A stretch of DNA of 64,000 bases from NCBI GenBank assembly GCA_046563655.1, contig CM102283.1, positions 8,556,001 to 8,620,000 of the forward strand, read 5' to 3'. The translations under genes and the position numbers were made by a program. Below, one piece after another: positions 57,523 to 64,000 of this stretch. Each line of letters opens with the position of its first letter. Position 1 is the stretch's first letter. This stretch comes from Yuukianura sp. NJ FZ-2021 (Eukaryota). Under the pieces are notes generated by a model. It had not been told where the DNA came from and did no database searches. It saw only the letters and a program-made list of their open reading frames with translations.

Positions 57523-60500
57523 ATGAGCTCTGCTCTGACGGCCGCCGGAATTCTCGGAGGAACCTTCTTTTTAGGAGTTCCACGTAAGCAATTAATTCTC
57601 TTCCGTTTGACATTGAGTTGCGAACGAACGGTTTTTACACATTTTTTAAATCGTAAAAACTAAAAAAAAAAATAGAACTGAAACAATTCCAACTTTGAAT
57701 TGCGTCTGATCCTAACTAACCGTAACTTTTTGAAAAAAAAAACTTTTTGGAAAATTTTGAAAAATCAACTTCAAGGTTGGTTTCTCTTCTCCCTGGTTTG
57801 TTTGTTGCTTGTTGTTTTCTGAAATTTGAAACTTTTGTTTTTGCGTTCGACGCAACATCTTAGAGTTTCATACGAAATTCACATAAAAAACAAAGTTATG
57901 TGAAACCGGAAACTTTAGCGATGGGACTGTTTTTGGGTTTAGAATTTCCAATATAAGCCGGAGAAAGTTTTTTTTTAAAAAGCATTTTGGTCAATTTTGT
58001 TATGTTTTTAATTTTCTAAGGTTAGATTAATTTTAGATAAGGTTATGTTTTTTTGTTAATTTTGTAAAGGAGAGGTCAAAATCCAGGGTCACAGACTATA
58101 CGTGTCCGTGACGCCCTGCAAAGCTTTAGCAATTGACTAAGCTCGTTAATCTTTTGGAGCATTTCAATTCCCAAGTGGCTTTATAAGAAGCAGAGCCAGT
58201 GGCCGCTTTACTTTCACTTTTTTGAAAAGATTTTTCCATAACCTTTTTTCTTTCCCGCCGTTGAAAGTTCAAGGCCGGTTTGTCTTTTCTAATTTATTCC
58301 CTGGAGAGCTTTCACTTTTCCCAGTAGTTGCTACTTTTAAAAAATACCAAACTGCCTAGTGCATTAAATGCTAAAAGGAAGCCTCCCTGCCGTCCAAAGT
58401 GCCTCTTTTCCAAAATCTTTTGATCTCTCGAACATGAAAGTTGAAGAAAATCTCTGCATTAGACACATTCGCACTCTCACAACATGAAAACTTTTACTCT
58501 TTACAAAATGCTTCACTTGAAGTTCAGTTCACTCTGCAGTGGGTTGTAAAGCGAACTTGATTTTCAAAAGGATATTTAAAGTCGATTTGGAAGTAGAGGG
58601 AGCCATCACAAATTACTTTTCTGTTCCAACTAATTTCAAAAGTGGGTCAATTGTGGAAGGTCGCAAATCTCAAAATGTTGGAAACAGAAAACCGAAAAAC
58701 TAGAAAAGTTTCTGTTTTTGGAAAAACACACACAAAAAAGTTTTCGGATAGAAAAACAAATTAATCCTTGTTTATGAAACAGTTTTCAAGGAAGAAAGAC
58801 AAATGGAGAAAGCGTGTTTGTTTCCTTGTTTTGTCTCCCACGACTAAAAAAAAAGTTGACACCAAAACACAAAACACAACTTCTAGTCTTTTTAGTCTTC
58901 ATGTCAAAACATTCATTTTAGGCTTTAACTTAAATTGTGTTAGGCTAGGTCTGAGAATTTCCTACACACAAACCAGTTCTAATTTGTGATGACAAAACTT
59001 TTTTTGTAAACAAGAAATTACATCGTTACGTAGCGACACTTTTGTCGCTTCGTTGCATTCGTTGTCAGCCTTACATAACATTAAACCAAAAAAAACTAAT
59101 ATGAAAGCTAGTTAACCTAAAAAACTAAAGTATAACCTGGCTTTCTGCTGCTGAGTCTTAAAAAAAGTTTTGTGACTTTCAGTAAACGGTGGGACGGTGC
59201 TGATTTTTTTACGACGAAAAAAGTTGCGACATTTGGTCAACTTTTTACTACTTTTGGACTCTCTGTCACATCTTCTGGTCACTTTCATTGTCATACCAAA
59301 TCGACTAGTCTCAACAGGTAAAGAAAAAATTTTAGAACAAAAACACAACGTAGTAGAAAAAAGTAGAAGAAACAAAAAATTTTTACTACTTTTGAACAAA
59401 ATTTGGAAAAAAAATTTTTTGTGATTCAAAATAGTTGGTTTAGAAGAATCCGGATCTCTGGATGTCGCTGAAGATTTTGTTTGTGATTTTGCCAACATTC
59501 ATGGAACGCTGCTGACCCTATCGATTGGAATCCTCAGATACAGGTTCAATTTTTGAATTTTTAAAACATAAGTTATGTGTTAGGCTATGCATAAGTTAGG
59601 CTTTACTGTCTGCGTTTTACCGCAAGGTAAAAACTAGAAGTTATTTTATGTACGGTGAAAGTTATGTGGGAAAAGTGCCAAAGGGCGCGTAGTTTCGAGA
59701 AAGTAAAGTTATAACCTAACGAAAAATGTTAGCCTAACGTTAACCTAACATTTGTTGTTGTTGTAGGCGTCTCTGCTGGAAAAAGAAAGATGGTTTCTGT
59801 CTAGTCAACGGCCTCAAATGGTCGCTGGGAAATTCCGCTCTTGCCCTTGGGCTCGTCGTAGCACAATCAACACTTTCAAATTTCGCGCCAACAGAAGATG
59901 GCGGCAAACGTCTCAATCTCATTTTTTATGCAATCAAAACCAGTCTATCCATATCATCCGTAAGAAAAAAACATTATTTCTCATTTTATTTTTAGAAAGA
60001 AAAACTTTCTTTTCGTTTTTTTTTTCATTCCAAATTGGATTTATTTTTCTCAAGCATCTCAAAATACAAAAATCTAATCTAATCTGAGTTTTCGAAATTG
60101 AAATTTTGTGAATTAGGTTTTTGTTGTTGTCTGGTGCTACGCCTGTGTGTGTTGGCGTGTCCTGAGGAACTCTTCGTCACAGGAGAAGTTGCGTAGATCT
60201 CGGAGCGTCCATATCCGAGCAATGGTCCATTCAGTAATTCAAATTGTACTTTTGGCATCCACCATTGCATCTTTTATTTATACCGAGACGCTTCAACTCC
60301 GCCCGGCTCTGCTTGAATCAGCGTCTCTCAAATTGAATCTCGTCTATGGAACGGCAACCAACTACGCCCTTCTTGTAACTGGGTAAGTAAACAAACAAAT
60401 ACAAAGTCAATCAATCACGAATTCTGCGTCTTCACAGAATTTCATTTTCTAGCGATTTTCAATTTCTGAATCCTGAGAATTATAAGGAAAGTAGAGTGAC

Positions 60501-63491
60501 AGGAGAAAGGTCTTGCATAACTTTCACCCTGGACTTCATCTGAGAATGACAAATTATAACATTTTGGTTAGGCTAAGTTTAGATGGTTAGGTTGGATTAG
60601 GCTAAAAGTAGTTAAAGATGTTAGGCTAACCTAGTTGGTGAAAGTAAGAGAAAGTAATTGGAACTGTTCCGTAACTGGAGATGTGTTGACATGACAGCTT
60701 TTCTTTGACCTTCAAGAAAACGAAGGACTTTGGGTTTCTTCAAGGACAAAAACAGAAATTTTCTAAGTTTCAAACTTGTGGTTTTAGATTACTGACATTC
60801 ACATGAAATCTGTAGGAGGTGAAAGTTTAATTTGGCACATTTGCTAAAATTCTTTGAAAATCTTTCAATCTAAACTTTGTTTTTTTGTGATTTGTGTTGA
60901 GAAGGAACAAAAGTTATTTTGAAATTTTGGAATTATTTCTCATTATGTTTACAATCAGGATGTGTAATAGCATTGTTTATTTCTATTCCTTTGTTTTCTT
61001 CCATTGTTTTTGTAATGTAATTAGAACCTTCTGGTGTGAGAAATTATGTAACTGCGAAGTTTTAAAAAAATAGGAACAAAGTTGGAGAAAAACAATTATG
61101 GTGTGGGAAAAACACAAGAAGCGCCCGTTCTCGTTAGAAGCGAATCACAACAAACTTTTCCAAATTCAATTTATTTTCTGAATACGAATCTGGGTTAATT
61201 TTTCGTTTTCCTAATTTTTCATTTTTTTATTCCTTTTGAAAATTTCCAGGTTAAACACGCCTTTTTCCAAATTGGCCTACATTTTAAAGTCAAAATTTAA
61301 ATCAAAAGTGGCACTTTTCTTTCGTTCTTGAAGTTTTTCGGACAAAGTGAACTTTAATGTGTGACTGAGAAAAACGCTTTTTAAAAAGTGCTTGTTTTTT
61401 CGAAAATCGTTTTCCTTTTAACGGCTTTTCTGTTTTTTGGTTTAAGCGTCAAAGTAAACGAGCGGAGAAAGTGTTGACTTTTGAAATTGACACGAAAAAG
61501 GAAGGACGCGCTGGTTGTTCAAAAAAGTCAATTTAGAACAAAAAAAAATTTGAACAAGGAACTTTCGACGTCACACGTTTGACTTACTTTTAGTACGTTT
61601 AAAAAGTAAGTGAAACTTTTTCCCGCCAGAGAACTGTTTTTGGTTGTAACTGTAGTAACTGCCCACAGGAGACTTTTGAATTTATAGAGACTGTTTTCCA
61701 GGTTAAAATTGGATTGACCTGGGTGGGAAAGCAAACAGATTTGAAAGAGGCGGGTTTGCATTTGGCAGTTTTCAAAAAAGGGCGCTTAAAAAGTGTTGAT
61801 TTGAAAAGAGGTCAATGACCTCCTGTATTTTTCAGCTTCAAAACCGACAGGAGTTACTCACCTCTTTCAACTTATTTTGAATATGACTGGAGTTTGATTT
61901 GTAGGCGGGTGGGAACTTTTTTTGGAAAGAAGGTGGAGGCGTACAGGGAATTGAGTTCAACGGTCTCTCAAAATTTTCTAAAATGGAAAAATGAAACAAA
62001 AGTTTTCAAATTTTCATTAAGAAGCCCTTTTTAACTTCTGTTCTGAACTTCCTCGAGCTTTTTACATTTAAATTCTTCAAAGAAAGTTAAAAAACGAGAC
62101 ATAACTTGACTTTTTAAGAAAAAAGAAAGCCAAAAGTAGAACATCGCCGCTGTCGTGAGTTGAATGAGAAAAAGAAAATTGAGTTCAACTTGATAAGGAA
62201 TTTGAAAAATGCTCAATTTTAAATTTCATTATGCTTTGTTGTATCTTCCAAACAAATTTATTCCAAAATCCCAAAAACTGGGCAAATCCAAAACAGCTCA
62301 AATTTTTTGAATATTCGACACTTTTTGGAACTTTTGAGCTGAACGAAGGTTGCTTAGCAGCCTAGATTTTGCAATGGTATATCAGATTTCAAAAGAAGAA
62401 GATTTCCCAACCTTTTTTTGAAATTCTGGATTTCGAAATTTCTTGAAAAAGACGCATTGACTCCAGGAAGTTGAATTCAGGTGTCGTAAAAAGATTTGTA
62501 AGGAAAGAGTGGACGGAAGTGTCGCCACTTTATTTCTTCCACTTCGTTTCTTCCTGGAGACATTGATGTCTACGGTTGAACAACTTGGAGAAAAAGTACA
62601 GTGTGAATGCCACTAAAAAACCGGGAAAAAGCCAGGGGTGAGAAAACTACCGGTGAACATTCAAAAAAAAGCGGTGAAAGTAGAGTAGGCTAAAGGCAGG
62701 AGAAAGACTATTAGGAAGAGAGATGCTATCACAAATCACAAAGGGAGGCACAAAGTTATGGAACGACCCTCCCGTGACCGTTACCCACCAACCCCCCCCC
62801 CACCCATCACATACACATAGACCCCCCCATTCCTCCTGTTACCCGGTTTTTTATTACCCGCTTCCCCACTTCCGTCATTTTCTAGAGCAGTAGGTCTCCC
62901 GGATCACCAAAAACTTTTGCAAATTTTAGTCAAAAATTTTCAAAGTAGGGTTATGCGTTTTTTAAACTTTTGAGAAATAAAGTAAAAGTTGAAAATGTTG
63001 AAAATTTTTAAGTTTCCCGCTTTTTTTTTTGCAGAACGCCATTGGCATACTTGGCTTCCTGTCATCGTTTCCGAGAGGAATTTACTTCCCTGTTCTTTGG
63101 AAGTGTCCCCAGAAGACTTTTTCAGAAGATTTCAACTGACAAGAAAGTGGCCTGTGGGCCCAAGAGTCACTTGATCATGCGCAGTGATGGGAAGAATATG
63201 AGACACAAAGTGGTTGCTAGGCGACCATCCACTCCAAGGACACTGACCTCTACGACATCTTCTTCGACGTCGTCCACTGCAGCTACTGCCACAGTGTCAG
63301 TCGTCCCTTGTCCAAAACCGGTACGACCACACCATCTACCGGCGGCAACTCAAAGTCGCTCCCCAGACCAGTTCATGTACCGGTTTTTGCAAAGGAAGCA
63401 AACGGGGTCACCGGCAGGTCACGTAGCGACCTACTTCAAACATCATCATCAGTCTGAGTCATCCAATCCTAGTCCCGTAGATTTCATTTAA
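57523..63491 (+). CDS. Divergent rhodopsin-like (class A) 7TM receptor; exons 57523-57583, 59435-59543, 59767-59959, 60117-60382, 63035-63491; 5' end unresolved (possible TM1 at ~57265-57384)
   Basis: All four introns are GT-AG with matching phases (1, 2, 0, 2). The joined protein has successive hydrophobic helices: ALTAAGILGGTFFLGVP; GTLLTLSIGILRYRRLC (DRY position); LKWSLGNSALALGLVVA; LIFYAIKTSLSISSVFVVVWCYACVCWRV; AMVHSVIQIVLLASTIASFIY; LVYGTATNYALLVTGTPLAYLAS (NPxxY position). A helix-8-like RFREEF and a Ser/Thr-rich tail follow. Confidence 0.7.
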
Positions 63492-64000
63492 ACTTTTCTA
63501 AAAAAATCAAAATTCAAAAAAATGTAAAAGTGAAAGCAAGAATTGTATGGACTGATCTCACCCTGAGTGGTGCTTTAGAAATTGTAAGAGAAAGGCAATA
63601 ATTTGCAATTTGCAAATTGCAAAAATGGCAAATTACTCAAATTTTAAAAAGTTACAGTTTGTCGTTTGCCAATGTAAATCAAAAAGTTATTGTTTGTGGT
63701 TGTGCACATAATTTTGTAAATAAATTGTATTCCATAACTTATTAAAATGTAATTTATCATTTCCAATCCATTTTCAATATTTCTCACCCTAAATAGTACA
63801 TAGTTGTGCATGTAATAATGTCAATGGTCAAATTGAAATATTTAAATATCTTTGTACATATTTATTAATTTTAGTTTAGTTTTAATTCAAAATTCACTCG
63901 AATCGTATAATGGAGTCAAAATTTCTCAAAATTCTTTATGCTCCAATCACTTTATTCATAAACCTGATGAAGGCCTAACTCTAATACTCTGATTAATGTG

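Noticed and set aside
1-64000. Horizontally transferred prokaryotic or viral genes, rRNA, tRNA
   Set aside because: Every recognisable gene has spliceosomal introns and a metazoan family. No long intronless ORF, transposase or reverse transcriptase, or structural RNA signature was seen by eye.

Overview
Intron-rich eukaryotic DNA, most consistent with an arthropod (DIP/lachesin-type IgLON, Hey, conundrum-type RhoGAP, arthropod CUB-family protein). No prokaryotic genes, rRNA, tRNA or CRISPR arrays are visible. Most entries in the ORF track are single exons or spurious. Reading splice sites by hand supports about 11 multi-exon genes. In order: secreted CUB protein (-), an 84-aa single-pass microprotein missing from the ORF track (+), a short DLEC1-like ciliary protein (-), an AT-hook/C2H2 zinc-finger protein (-), SCCPDH-like oxidoreductase (-), a 16-kb DIP/lachesin-like 3-Ig gene (-), an SDR16C-type dehydrogenase (-), ARHGAP18/conundrum-like RhoGAP (+), a DM4/DM12-like secreted protein (+), Hey (-), and a very divergent rhodopsin-like 7TM receptor (+) head-to-head with Hey. 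Non-coding highlights: a dense Hey regulatory region (eight perfect CGTGGGAA Su(H)/CSL sites, nine AAGGGCCC motifs, perfect DR1 elements), a composite Helentron-type non-autonomous element carrying more DR1 motifs, hAT-like MITEs, minisatellites, and several dispersed over-represented motifs (GTTAGSCTAAC, GCGGG-N4-TTTGAA, GGAGAAAG). All exon coordinates and motif counts were obtained by eye and need computational confirmation.
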